The notes under the pieces are model-generated. The model searched no databases, was not told the origin of the DNA, and saw only the letters and a list, made by a program, of their open reading frames with translations. Made by a program: the position numbers and the translations under genes. Shown here piece by piece: positions 26,101 to 34,088 of a stretch of DNA of 64,000 bases; within the stretch, counting starts at the first letter, position 1; each line of letters begins with the position of its first letter. The DNA is from a virus (taxonomy: Duplodnaviria; Caudoviricetes), in IMG/VR virus record IMGVR_UViG_3300005805_009925, positions 1,284-65,283 of that record. One strand, written 5' to 3'.

Positions 26101-29100
26101 TATCGTAGCCCTATTACCGCCATCGTATACCAAGAACACTACGTCTGGTGTTCCGTCACTCCACTGCGCGAATGTTTCTTTTTCCCATCCTGCATGGTTG
26201 AATCCATACTGGTCGGTGTATGCAGTAGGAGCTTGCGTTGGGTCGAATGGAGTCTTTGCTACAGCTCTGAATCCGAATTGAGCATAGTAATCAGGGAGCA
26301 CAGTATCAAAGCAATCTGCCTTGGTCGCGCCTTCCTTGATACCAATGAGCATCATGTTCGCTAGGCGATTACGCTTGCCTTCTACTGGGGCAGAGAACCC
26401 TGAAACCAAATCTCCGTCTGGCTTGAGTGCTGCTCCGCACTTTCCATCCTCAGTAATAAAGAGTCGCATGTCAGCATACTCTTCCACTGGGTATACATAT
26501 ACAGCAGCACCCTTTGAGTTGGCGACCTTTGCTTCTGAGATATAACGGTGGAATGCTTCAGGGCTTCCTGTTATCTCAAGAATCTTATTATCTACTGTCG
26601 CACCAGGAAATGCCTTCTGAATTGCCTTAACAGTAGATTCTGTTGGAGCATATTCAGCTACAACATTTACATCGTTTGATCCAATTCGTGCATTGTAGCT
26701 AGTACCTGTTCTTTCGTATGACCCCTCTCTAGCGCTTCCAGCATCCATCCTTGATGAACTCGGTGAAACTGGAGTACCCACTCTGCGTTTGATAGGTTCT
26801 CCTGTTGTGATGAGGTTGTACGCGATGTCTTCTGTTGTTCCATACTTTTGGAAATTAAAAATTGATGGAAGTAAACCAATCTTTGGTTCTGCGAATTTGA
26901 ATAGACGTCCTGCTTGCTCTCTTAATTGTTCAGCTTCCTTCTTGTTCCCTGCTTTTTCTGCCGCGCGAGCTTGCTTATATAGAGCATTGGCCTCTTCATT
27001 TGCCCCACTAAAGTTTACCCAGCTATTTTGACCACGAGTCTGAGCGATAACAGCTGGAGCCGCCTTGTCAGTGAACAACGAGAGATGCTGCAATGTAGCA
27101 TTTTCTTCGCCAATAGCACCAAATTCATTTCCTAAAATTCCGTGACCAAAGTAATCATGGACTACTCGGAACACTTCGCTATTGGTAAGTTCATACCCAT
27201 CATCAAGTTTGAACCCACTCTTTTGTAGACCAATATTATCCTTGTAAGCAGCAGCACCTTCAGCTCCAAATGCCTCATCGTTAGGCAGGAACTTGAGCTG
27301 GTTGTTATTACGCAGGTCAGCGAGCATAGCCTTTGATGAGCTATATGGCTCTCCTGCACCATCATGACGGACAACCTTTACGCCAGCATCAATGATAAAC
27401 TTATACTGTTTTTTGGTTTCTTTCATCATTGCTTCGTATGCTTCACGAACTACTGGGTTGGTAGGGTCGTGCTTCATCTTGACATAAGCATCAGCAATAG
27501 CTTGAGATACCCTTGTCTGCAACTTGTATACTGGAGGATGGTCGCTCTTAACTATACCTGCCTGCTTTTTATATGCATCTGATACCTGCTTAACCTTGTC
27601 TATACCTTGCGAGAAACCTACAGACTTCTCTGGTACAGATACCATGGCATCATAAGTCAAAGGCAACTGCAACTTGGTAATCGAAATCTTACCATCTGCA
27701 AAAGATGTAACGCCATTGGTCACAGCTTTACGGAACTCCTTGACAGTCATATCGCTGAGGTCAGCAAGCATCTGTTCAAACATTGAGTGCTTGCCACCGC
27801 CAGACGGCTTACGGATAGTCGTTACAGCTCCATCTCCACGCAAGAACTCATTCAACCTTTCTGCTGCAGCTTCCACATAACGCTTCTTGCCACGGGTAGA
27901 TTGTGATAGCAGATTGAAATTATCTACAACCTGAGCAATCTTAGTTCCGAACTTTACAGCGATTGACTGAGCAGGGTCAGTAGATGGTGATGCTGTGATT
28001 GTAGCTACCGTCGTATCTGGTACTTGCTCTACGATTGACTCCGCAGCTGTAGCTTCTACTTCAGTCTTGGCAGCTTCACGAACGATACGCTTACGCTTCT
28101 TCTTCTTAACTTCACCACTAGCATCAGGAGAAACAAGAACATCTTCTCCTGCGATAGCTCCCTCTGATTGGGCTACTGTCTCAGGTGTTTGTGGAGTAGT
28201 TGTCTCTTCCTGCTTGGTTGCTACATAAGCATCCTTAATTGGAGAACCTTCAGGTAGGATTTCTTCTACTGGAATACCAGTTAGTTCTGATAATGTTTCT
28301 GCCTGATCCAACTGACCGCGAGCTTGCGGATCTTGCTCAAGCATCTGCGCAAGTCTTGCCTGTGCTGGCATCTCCATAGGTTGACCAGGAGTATACTCAG
28401 TACGCACAGGAATCTGACCCATTTGCGTAGACTCAAAGCGGTATAGGTTAGGATCTGGGAAGAACGTAGCTGTAGCTGGAAGACGTGATATACGTTGAGA
28501 TGCAACTCCAGTTACTGGCTCATTGTATTCTGCTGGTAAGTAGCGCGGACCTGCTGGACCTGCAGCCCATGTTCCTTCAGGTGTTCTGTATGCACTAACT
28601 CTCTCACCTGGGATGTTTTCTACTGGCGTAGGCTGGTATCCCTGTGGATTGTAAGGCTCGACACCTCTAGGTGTTGGCTGATATACCGTAGTTCCAGAAG
28701 CAGGACGTGGTATGATTGCTCCAGCATTTGCAATTTCGTATTGTTCGGCTGGAGTAGGAGCACTCGATCGAGGAGCTTGGATAGTTCCATCAGGCATGCG
28801 CACTGCACCAGTAACTGGAGCATTTACATCTGCCGTAGACTTAACACCTTCGAGACCTACCGCTGTAAGCCTTTGCTCTACGTTACCAAGTCCCTTGCCA
28901 TTTGATGCCTGAACAAGCCACTCGTTTTCTATACGGCTTGCCAACACTTGAGTTGCATTCTCAGGTGTAAGCTCGCCTGGCTTAACATCAAGATCAAGAG
29001 CACGGATAAGAACTTCTGGATTAGATGCGTACTTAGCAGCAAGTGTCTGAGCGTACACCTGACGTTCCGTTGTAGCCGCGTTATCAAGCACAGACTCTGG

Positions 29101-30480
29101 AACATTTGGATATAGTTGCTGAGCTTCACCGCGCAGGTATGCGTCAGAAAGAGACCTTACATTTCCTTGCTCATCCATCTGCAAAGTCTGCAATTCAGCA
29201 CCTGAGCGAGCACGCATCTGCTGCATAGCTTGTGCTGCTTCTTCTGGCGTAGCATCTGGTCTGAGAGTAGGCTCACCACCGAACAACATAGACTCTGTTT
29301 GACGTGCAATGTCTACTGGTTTAGAAGTAAAGCCTGCAGCTTCTACTGGAGTAGGAGCTGGCTCCACCTTACGACCGAATACAGCACGCTCACCAGGTCC
29401 TTGAATCTTGCCACTGTTCATGAGGCCGAATGCCGTACCAAGTCCTGCACCATAGAGCATATTCTTCCATGCTTGTGTCGGGTCAAACTCAGCACCACCT
29501 GGAAGAAGTGTTACAGCTTCTGCAGCACCTTGAGTTCCTACATTAACTGCCATGTCAGATAGAACATTGACAAGTCGTCCTCCACCCCATTGACCTGCCG
29601 CAAGAGTACCGCCCAGTCCACCGAGTGCAGTTTGCAATCCTGCCTCAACTCCAGACATTCTTCCTGATACAACTTCAGGAGCTACATTCAGTGCAGTAGG
29701 AACTGCTCCTGCCAATGTAGCTGCTACACGCTCACCACGAAGTGCAGCTGGAGTAACAGCACGACCAAATGCTTTAATAGCAGTAGGCGCAGCGCCTTCA
29801 GCACCCATAGCAAACCTACCTAGCCTTGAGAGTGCATTGATTTTAGAGCCAGCCATAGCACTCTGTGCAGCCATAGAGCCACCGTATGTTGCAATAGCTA
29901 GTCCGATGTCAGGTGCAATTGATCCAAGAGTCTGAGCTACACCACCATATTCGGCATAGTCTTCAGGACGATTACCTTTGATGAGATAGTTCTGACCCTT
30001 GTCTGTATTTCCAGTAACATAGTCAGCGACAGCACCACCAACATCTGCTATTGTCTGCGGTATAGAATATCCAGCCGCACGCAAGAAGTCACCAGTGGCT
30101 CCAAACTCAGATGGCTTTTTAGCATAGTCCTCAGCTCGAACACCATAGCGAGCTCCCTCGGCTTTCATAACATTGTCAAATGCACTGCCAATGTACTGAG
30201 CAAACTTCTCACCTATGGTTGGTTCTCTTTCTTCGCCACCTATTCTCTGAGCTTTTTCATATCCGTATTGATCGTATCTAGGAGAAGGACCTCTTTCATA
30301 TTCATCAATACTACGAGCTTCTTCAGGTGACATGTATACAGGCTGTCTAGCTATACCAAGACGCCTAGATTCCCAGTCATTCGGTCCAGCCCAGGTATAA
30401 TAATCCCATGAACTTAAATCTGGCTTTTTTTTAGATTCATTGTCATCGACAATGTTCAACCAATTCATTTTAGTTGGCAT
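20164..30480 (-). CDS. giant virion ejection / large polyvalent protein (3438 aa)
   Basis: last gene of the virion operon; HDYFGH zincin-like segment (about 27142-27159) and GNAT-like LPDYYAQFGF segment (about 26270-26300). Confidence 0.8.
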   Translation of the reverse strand: MPTKMNWLNIVDDNESKKKPDLSSWDYYTWAGPNDWESRRLGIARQPVYMSPEEARSIDEYERGPSPRYDQYGYEKAQRIGGEEREPTIGEKFAQYIGSAFDNVMKAEGARYGVRAEDYAKKPSEFGATGDFLRAAGYSIPQTIADVGGAVADYVTGNTDKGQNYLIKGNRPEDYAEYGGVAQTLGSIAPDIGLAIATYGGSMAAQSAMAGSKINALSRLGRFAMGAEGAAPTAIKAFGRAVTPAALRGERVAATLAGAVPTALNVAPEVVSGRMSGVEAGLQTALGGLGGTLAAGQWGGGRLVNVLSDMAVNVGTQGAAEAVTLLPGGAEFDPTQAWKNMLYGAGLGTAFGLMNSGKIQGPGERAVFGRKVEPAPTPVEAAGFTSKPVDIARQTESMLFGGEPTLRPDATPEEAAQAMQQMRARSGAELQTLQMDEQGNVRSLSDAYLRGEAQQLYPNVPESVLDNAATTERQVYAQTLAAKYASNPEVLIRALDLDVKPGELTPENATQVLASRIENEWLVQASNGKGLGNVEQRLTAVGLEGVKSTADVNAPVTGAVRMPDGTIQAPRSSAPTPAEQYEIANAGAIIPRPASGTTVYQPTPRGVEPYNPQGYQPTPVENIPGERVSAYRTPEGTWAAGPAGPRYLPAEYNEPVTGVASQRISRLPATATFFPDPNLYRFESTQMGQIPVRTEYTPGQPMEMPAQARLAQMLEQDPQARGQLDQAETLSELTGIPVEEILPEGSPIKDAYVATKQEETTTPQTPETVAQSEGAIAGEDVLVSPDASGEVKKKKRKRIVREAAKTEVEATAAESIVEQVPDTTVATITASPSTDPAQSIAVKFGTKIAQVVDNFNLLSQSTRGKKRYVEAAAERLNEFLRGDGAVTTIRKPSGGGKHSMFEQMLADLSDMTVKEFRKAVTNGVTSFADGKISITKLQLPLTYDAMVSVPEKSVGFSQGIDKVKQVSDAYKKQAGIVKSDHPPVYKLQTRVSQAIADAYVKMKHDPTNPVVREAYEAMMKETKKQYKFIIDAGVKVVRHDGAGEPYSSSKAMLADLRNNNQLKFLPNDEAFGAEGAAAYKDNIGLQKSGFKLDDGYELTNSEVFRVVHDYFGHGILGNEFGAIGEENATLQHLSLFTDKAAPAVIAQTRGQNSWVNFSGANEEANALYKQARAAEKAGNKKEAEQLREQAGRLFKFAEPKIGLLPSIFNFQKYGTTEDIAYNLITTGEPIKRRVGTPVSPSSSRMDAGSAREGSYERTGTSYNARIGSNDVNVVAEYAPTESTVKAIQKAFPGATVDNKILEITGSPEAFHRYISEAKVANSKGAAVYVYPVEEYADMRLFITEDGKCGAALKPDGDLVSGFSAPVEGKRNRLANMMLIGIKEGATKADCFDTVLPDYYAQFGFRAVAKTPFDPTQAPTAYTDQYGFNHAGWEKETFAQWSDGTPDVVFLVYDGGNRATIQDRIGQFDTYKSFVRDQLSTSSYDDALEAVKKSLKPRASLDNEHVVRFEDKSIIQDMSDAYHATRNNLDPVVREEIAERREAKTKLDRLYGSADEFRALFDEETSMARIDPDQPDIPMEAASEVRAEYEALGEDPILVDDSRTIEDHISTWRASWIPALRSAVDFTEKILKKSGDFDNLKLTKSDIRNYLISRAGSGPWQTLGDLYLARTMTPEKRAMMEEAVDNALLSSKANPSSGKSSAARGAKRTEELAYSTPIEKLYEISANVPDSYFDKMYDTYVPKFVEAQEHAAIIAKATGISDVRDVWRYVEWQKSGKKPEQKTKLLDRWNSSSGQNVKFDDDYATSIAQRIESTMAKNGDVFFAYDQLSNYVNADNGAKAFRDIMDYNMLGNPKNPLMGLRNLPIMRSAILTSGLYALDNYVEKMEDDETYFGIPGSVAKKFLGDGETTKYAMAGLFGVATKTGAKHGQRVGFRARVGDSMRKTIDAGKRLAESKYTSFARLTPEMQSQRADMFMAERFPTIKPGTDEYNQTKAQFIDAQFEADASGGKISDIFNRISRTSSAGTVGIMSKYFADINNLGMRSPFVKDYIIEPYNAMQSQIRQLVKVVEDPINAVLPNIIRQYQKDDNFWDAIWRADYEMSAIEFTADQMSASALALARQEVMDDIKKNYFTKQVAEYESTLTVNGKVVKQESRGVKDVVDEKMWDDFMSFQRAVNSLRKEDLRSLTAKSMGINSWKIEEHYGELKIRKDALTETYGAAKEARDIVDEQIKALVQERKSFVKTNGRDAFNEVMPGYKEQLGLLRKEKMQAEANMRQMTRELSNVDKRMGRIEQLDAMIDKSMSNMYMNRHRDGKTPFVLRLEFDKDTKIPSVRREYSNMTDAELGRMEYLREAVMKATKNMDSYQKMVAKRTALQDELDNILQSEDVTPDMDSRIASINDELSKMDGFKPVSEMTDAEIMRFAQTNDILGSQKTIQDMRNKKSIRRGTAAAQMVIDQVLASSDVARAQIVSRTIGEGAINPNYIKGKGNASLADVNNGEVMMYTGKDAPQVDDLVDAISSRVDEPIDRAQLRDMIEKFYTYRDKTIAANGTQIDTVWIDMGAIRKAAEAYLDPYVPNLVKRNNWIGYYNPDSNWTAIQKAAYTVQSLESMQARIKNYNQQTSLREAISNANDWLDRWNINNGLREYVNGMLEYNSPTFNDSVIGTLSDYESQISRVISQGTLFANLGSAIGNRVQGATMAFAHGMQDASTKYGVRRTNPDGTKGEIQWMPSETAARAHVFAKQEQGETGWRTVEGFKAGGLFSPKQYGFAIAAMAAPETTIRYLAKKDGYGTLPKTEQGYWATVYDAVRRSNLEQGGVIGSYAIREGLKTGTKAQVAAERITAITNFVEKQNNFSSILMAAANAENKFGLTANDWAILNARQKNDVVSQAMSPYKQNTAQSEAARKLILSEIEKLRETKATMTGREADNIQRQIDLKVDKLNRIETETDILIGKLTDYLVFNRGFEQGNWDKINKSRFENWLLSKPGGRLAMTMTAPMLRAMNSWQGMFRRAGATEGGAGAKLGRAAAPLMGASILTVLLGGAASTASLPGGVLLADIAYLAEYLYHYMNNDENEKLDKIAPRQTWEKLAADMAAKYGIPEKQAVNFVRAAWSEGLIRYYRDINVNASAGVLDILTGGAPSGTILSTGKGIFNAAGEIASMMGGNATPYDFMWSIAGALPTSAKRISQTALNLAPTSWGGQGAVKLDRDGNAIIDPFTGKPRYLSGWDLTKQTFLGKPWTDTRSMLVAREGGTPLYTPNDKLAWANDLVATPYVSFGAGLRGKGVKEQSNAALFERDAEALQSLITRSYRSYKPAIEEGRNFINTMYRNNELIDLGNGEVVPFRQILAEAAMSGVLPETELKGKGAESMRNKLLTYADQWGRSRAAGDAVIEYYGGEVQVKPTGGLEAPTASDFALSKLGEIYARAYQTGLIRRTARQR

Positions 30481-30492
30481 TATTTACCTCTG

Positions 30493-33400
30493 TTATGGAT
30501 TCAATCTAGGCCAAGGAGTAGAATCGCCAATACTCCTTCTGGATATTCTTACACGATTTTGAGGAAATACAGAGCCAAGAATCAATGCATCAATTGATGA
30601 CTGAGAAACAACCTTTTGGCTTCCTTCATTAAATCGTGTTTTCCTATCTTCTGTAGTTCTAATACCCGTTGCATTTTCCCACATGTTTTCCCTGTGGTTC
30701 GCACGAGCTCTGCTTACTATTGCATCATCTGCTTTTTTCCAGAAGTCATAGAGTGGTTGCATGTAGTTACCAACAAGACTACTTACATCTCTCAGCAAAA
30801 CTGGTAGAGTTGGATCGCTGTTCATTGGTAATGTTCTAGCTGAACCTTCTGACGTGCCGCCAGATATTCCTTGCTGAGTAGCATAATTAATTAGTGCTGG
30901 ATTTGCAGTTTCGCTTCTTAGTACTGTTGGCATTGTAACAACAGATTGATTTGTTGTTGTAGTATCGAATGGATTAATAATCCAAGTAATCTTCTTGTAG
31001 TTGTCATTGGTAAATGATGATCTGTTCCTACCAGCTTCATAGAACAAACGACCAAGCTCGTAACCAGATTCTACTATTTGGTCAAACAGTTGAATCTTTG
31101 CTTTGCCTGGTATCGCAGTTAAGTTACCACTGTACGAACCTTGAACAGTATCCGCAGTAGGTCCCCTAAAACTTTGTATAATTGATTGCACTAATGACGT
31201 GCGATACAAATCTGCTCTAGCATTTCTTGCCCCAGAATTTGATGTATTATCAAGGAAGTTTGATTTCATAAATCTATCCAAAGCATTCTTACCTTCTTCT
31301 GGGCTACGTTGAGCAGCAAGGTAAATATCATTCAGCATAGATTCAAATCCACTATATCCATTTGCACGAGATATGTTATATCCTAATTTTTCAAGACCGC
31401 TATAGAAGATTTGAGCAAAGACTCCTCTTGCTGCACGAGCTTCAGGCTTTACAATCTCCTGATTGAATTTATCTATCGACTGTGTTACGGCCTGTACTTC
31501 TTGCCCTTCAGCTACACCATTGTCTTTCAGCATTGATCTAGCAACCATGTCCTGTGCAGTTCCCCTAGCTTTCGCAGGAGTTCTCAATCCTACTTGCACA
31601 TCATAATTCTGTGGAGTGGTATTTATTTGTTCATATACATTAAATGACCCATCATATTTCTTGTATGAACCTGCGTCATTGACTGCACCACCTACATAAA
31701 TATAAGGATATACAGGAACAGATGCAGTTGTATCTGTCCTTTCTCTAGCATCCCGTGTAACATCTACAGGAGCGGCTTTGATTTCAGCCTGAGCTGATAC
31801 TGTAGCAGTCCTACCAGGGATTGAGTAGTCTGTAACTGGTTGCGCCTGCATCATAGATGGTGCATTAGCGAGTGCTATCTGTTCTGCTGTCGATGGGTCG
31901 TAAGTCCCAATTCCTTCTATTGAGATTTTACCAGATAGTGGTTTAGCCGCTGCAAGCAAAAGCGACTTATTCATAGAGTTCGGATTGCTCTTATATGCTT
32001 TATCAGCTAACGTAAAATTATCTATAGCTTCATTAAGAGTTCCGTCGAAGGACTGCCATGACCTACTATCATAATCGAAGTAATCGAATTTCGCTGGCAT
32101 ATCCATAACCTTATATGCCTGATCTCCAAGCTCATCAACAGCATCGCTTTCAATTTGTTGAAGCCTAGAAGATAAAGCTCCTACTCCAGTCTTGTATGCT
32201 TGCTGGGTTCTGAGTCTAACAGGTTCCGTAAATTTCTTTGATGCGCTATCTACAACTAAGGCTGCGTAATCATCCATAGTTGGTTGAACAGTAACTTCAT
32301 CTTTTCCAGGAGTTCCTACACCTGCTCCGAACATAATAGCTAGAGCACCTTGCACTGTATTAGGGTCAAGTGTAAAGGCTCGTTGTGTAGCACCGCCTTC
32401 AATAATAGTTGTACCGCCAGGGCCACGAGTTGCAGATGCTGTGCTTGCAAGAAGTCTATCTCTTGTGCTTTGTAAATCTGCCTTAGTTCTATTAAGCTCT
32501 GTGATTCTTTCAGCCGTAGGAGGCGAGTCTACGTTATCAAGTTCAGCCTGAATAGCAGTAAGACTTTCTTCTATCCTAGATAATTGCGCATCACGCATGC
32601 CTTGAGGTTCTACTTCTTGATAACCAGACATAGCTAGTGCTTGCTGACGTACAGTATTCTTTAATTCTTTTTCAGATGCCTGAACCGATGCTAAAGTTCC
32701 AGAAGGAACAATGCCTCTTTTCTCGGCTTCATCTAAACTGATAATACCATCCTGTGTTTTATATCCCCAGTTAATAGAAGGAATAGATTCTTTCCCAGTA
32801 TCAACTGGATTAGTTGACTGAATTACTATGTTCTGCTTAACTTCTGCTATCGGAGCTGTTGTAGTTACATCCCTTGCCGCGCCATATACAGATTCGAGTT
32901 TAGGCTTTAAGAATGCACGACGTGATTGTTGTGCTTCCCTAAGTTCAGACATAGGGTCCCCTGTAGTAGTTACTGGTGGACGGTAATTACCTTCGTCTGG
33001 ATTGTTAGGGTCATACTGCAATTCTGATAGATTCTGATATACTACATCTCCAAGATCTGGGTCTTTGTATACCATTCTCTGAATACCAGTATTTGGGTCG
33101 CCAACAAATTTTGCTGGCAACCATCTACCATCGACAAGTACGCTATGACCGTAGTCCTTCATCTCTTCCGATGAACTAGCTTTAGAAATACGATTATCAA
33201 ACTCTTCAATAATCTGGTTGTAGTATTGGTTTGTAGGATCAATACTTATTACGCGATTAGTTTGAGGGTTTCGTATAGATATAGCTTCTGGATTATTCTT
33301 ACGATCAAGTCCAGGTCGTGTTCCATATTGTTCTATAACGTATGGAATATTATTGATATTGACTTCAAATGCATTGCCAGGACGCCATGCCTTAGCCTGT

Positions 33401-34035
33401 TCTTCAGCGATACGTTTCTGTTGCTGTTCTGGAGTTTCTTCGACTTTAGCTGGGGTCTCAACTGGTTGCTCTGCCATAGCCAATTCCTGACCTGGCATAA
33501 CTGGCATAGTCATAAACGGGGCAGCATCAGTCATGCCCTGCGGAGGACGAGGCGAGAAAGCCATCGGCTCTTCTACTGGCTGTTGCATTGCACCGCGAAT
33601 TGGGATAGGAGGCATCTTGAATACCTGCGCTTGCTGCGGAACAGGTTGCTCAAAAGATGGCATACCACCCGATACACCTGCCATAGCCTGCGGATTATAT
33701 GCGAACATCTGCTGAGTATCAGGCGTAGGTGGCGCTCCATAGAGTTCGGCAAATGCTGGGCTTGCTTCCTGTGGCATATATCCCATAGTTGCACGAGGTA
33801 CGTCAGCTACTACTTCAGGTGCTGCATAAGTAGGCATAGCACCATAAGGCAATGCAGGACCAGTAGATGCCTGTGCCGCCAATGGTGATAGCGTATATGC
33901 TTGTTCTTCTGCTTGTGGTGTAAACTGAGTTGCTATTTGTGACCAGTCTACATTAGGTTGCTTGCGCTGCTGTGATGCATAATCTTGCATTTGATTTGCA
34001 TACTGCATCATAGCTAAGGCTTGACCTATATCCAT
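30493..34035 (-). CDS. internal virion/ejection protein
   Basis: about 1180 aa between the tail gene and the giant protein; P/Q/M-rich N-terminus; start likely ATG 34035. Confidence 0.65.
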   Translation of the reverse strand: MDIGQALAMMQYANQMQDYASQQRKQPNVDWSQIATQFTPQAEEQAYTLSPLAAQASTGPALPYGAMPTYAAPEVVADVPRATMGYMPQEASPAFAELYGAPPTPDTQQMFAYNPQAMAGVSGGMPSFEQPVPQQAQVFKMPPIPIRGAMQQPVEEPMAFSPRPPQGMTDAAPFMTMPVMPGQELAMAEQPVETPAKVEETPEQQQKRIAEEQAKAWRPGNAFEVNINNIPYVIEQYGTRPGLDRKNNPEAISIRNPQTNRVISIDPTNQYYNQIIEEFDNRISKASSSEEMKDYGHSVLVDGRWLPAKFVGDPNTGIQRMVYKDPDLGDVVYQNLSELQYDPNNPDEGNYRPPVTTTGDPMSELREAQQSRRAFLKPKLESVYGAARDVTTTAPIAEVKQNIVIQSTNPVDTGKESIPSINWGYKTQDGIISLDEAEKRGIVPSGTLASVQASEKELKNTVRQQALAMSGYQEVEPQGMRDAQLSRIEESLTAIQAELDNVDSPPTAERITELNRTKADLQSTRDRLLASTASATRGPGGTTIIEGGATQRAFTLDPNTVQGALAIMFGAGVGTPGKDEVTVQPTMDDYAALVVDSASKKFTEPVRLRTQQAYKTGVGALSSRLQQIESDAVDELGDQAYKVMDMPAKFDYFDYDSRSWQSFDGTLNEAIDNFTLADKAYKSNPNSMNKSLLLAAAKPLSGKISIEGIGTYDPSTAEQIALANAPSMMQAQPVTDYSIPGRTATVSAQAEIKAAPVDVTRDARERTDTTASVPVYPYIYVGGAVNDAGSYKKYDGSFNVYEQINTTPQNYDVQVGLRTPAKARGTAQDMVARSMLKDNGVAEGQEVQAVTQSIDKFNQEIVKPEARAARGVFAQIFYSGLEKLGYNISRANGYSGFESMLNDIYLAAQRSPEEGKNALDRFMKSNFLDNTSNSGARNARADLYRTSLVQSIIQSFRGPTADTVQGSYSGNLTAIPGKAKIQLFDQIVESGYELGRLFYEAGRNRSSFTNDNYKKITWIINPFDTTTTNQSVVTMPTVLRSETANPALINYATQQGISGGTSEGSARTLPMNSDPTLPVLLRDVSSLVGNYMQPLYDFWKKADDAIVSRARANHRENMWENATGIRTTEDRKTRFNEGSQKVVSQSSIDALILGSVFPQNRVRISRRSIGDSTPWPRLNP

Positions 34036-34088
34036 ATTAGGCTCCGATTGTATAGGGAGCAAAATACGGATTTTATATAGTCAAAACC

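Noticed and set aside
20636-29562. Numerous 60-220-aa ORFs antisense or out of frame within large genes (also within the tail, MCP, portal and terL genes)
   Set aside because: Shadow ORFs without RBS or recognisable motifs; unlike the MTase beta frame they carry no functional signature.
20164-30480. crAss-type or N4-type virion RNA polymerase in the giant protein
   Set aside because: No DxDxD (DFDID/DFDGD) catalytic motif or T7-like motifs found by eye; a profile search would be needed to exclude it fully.
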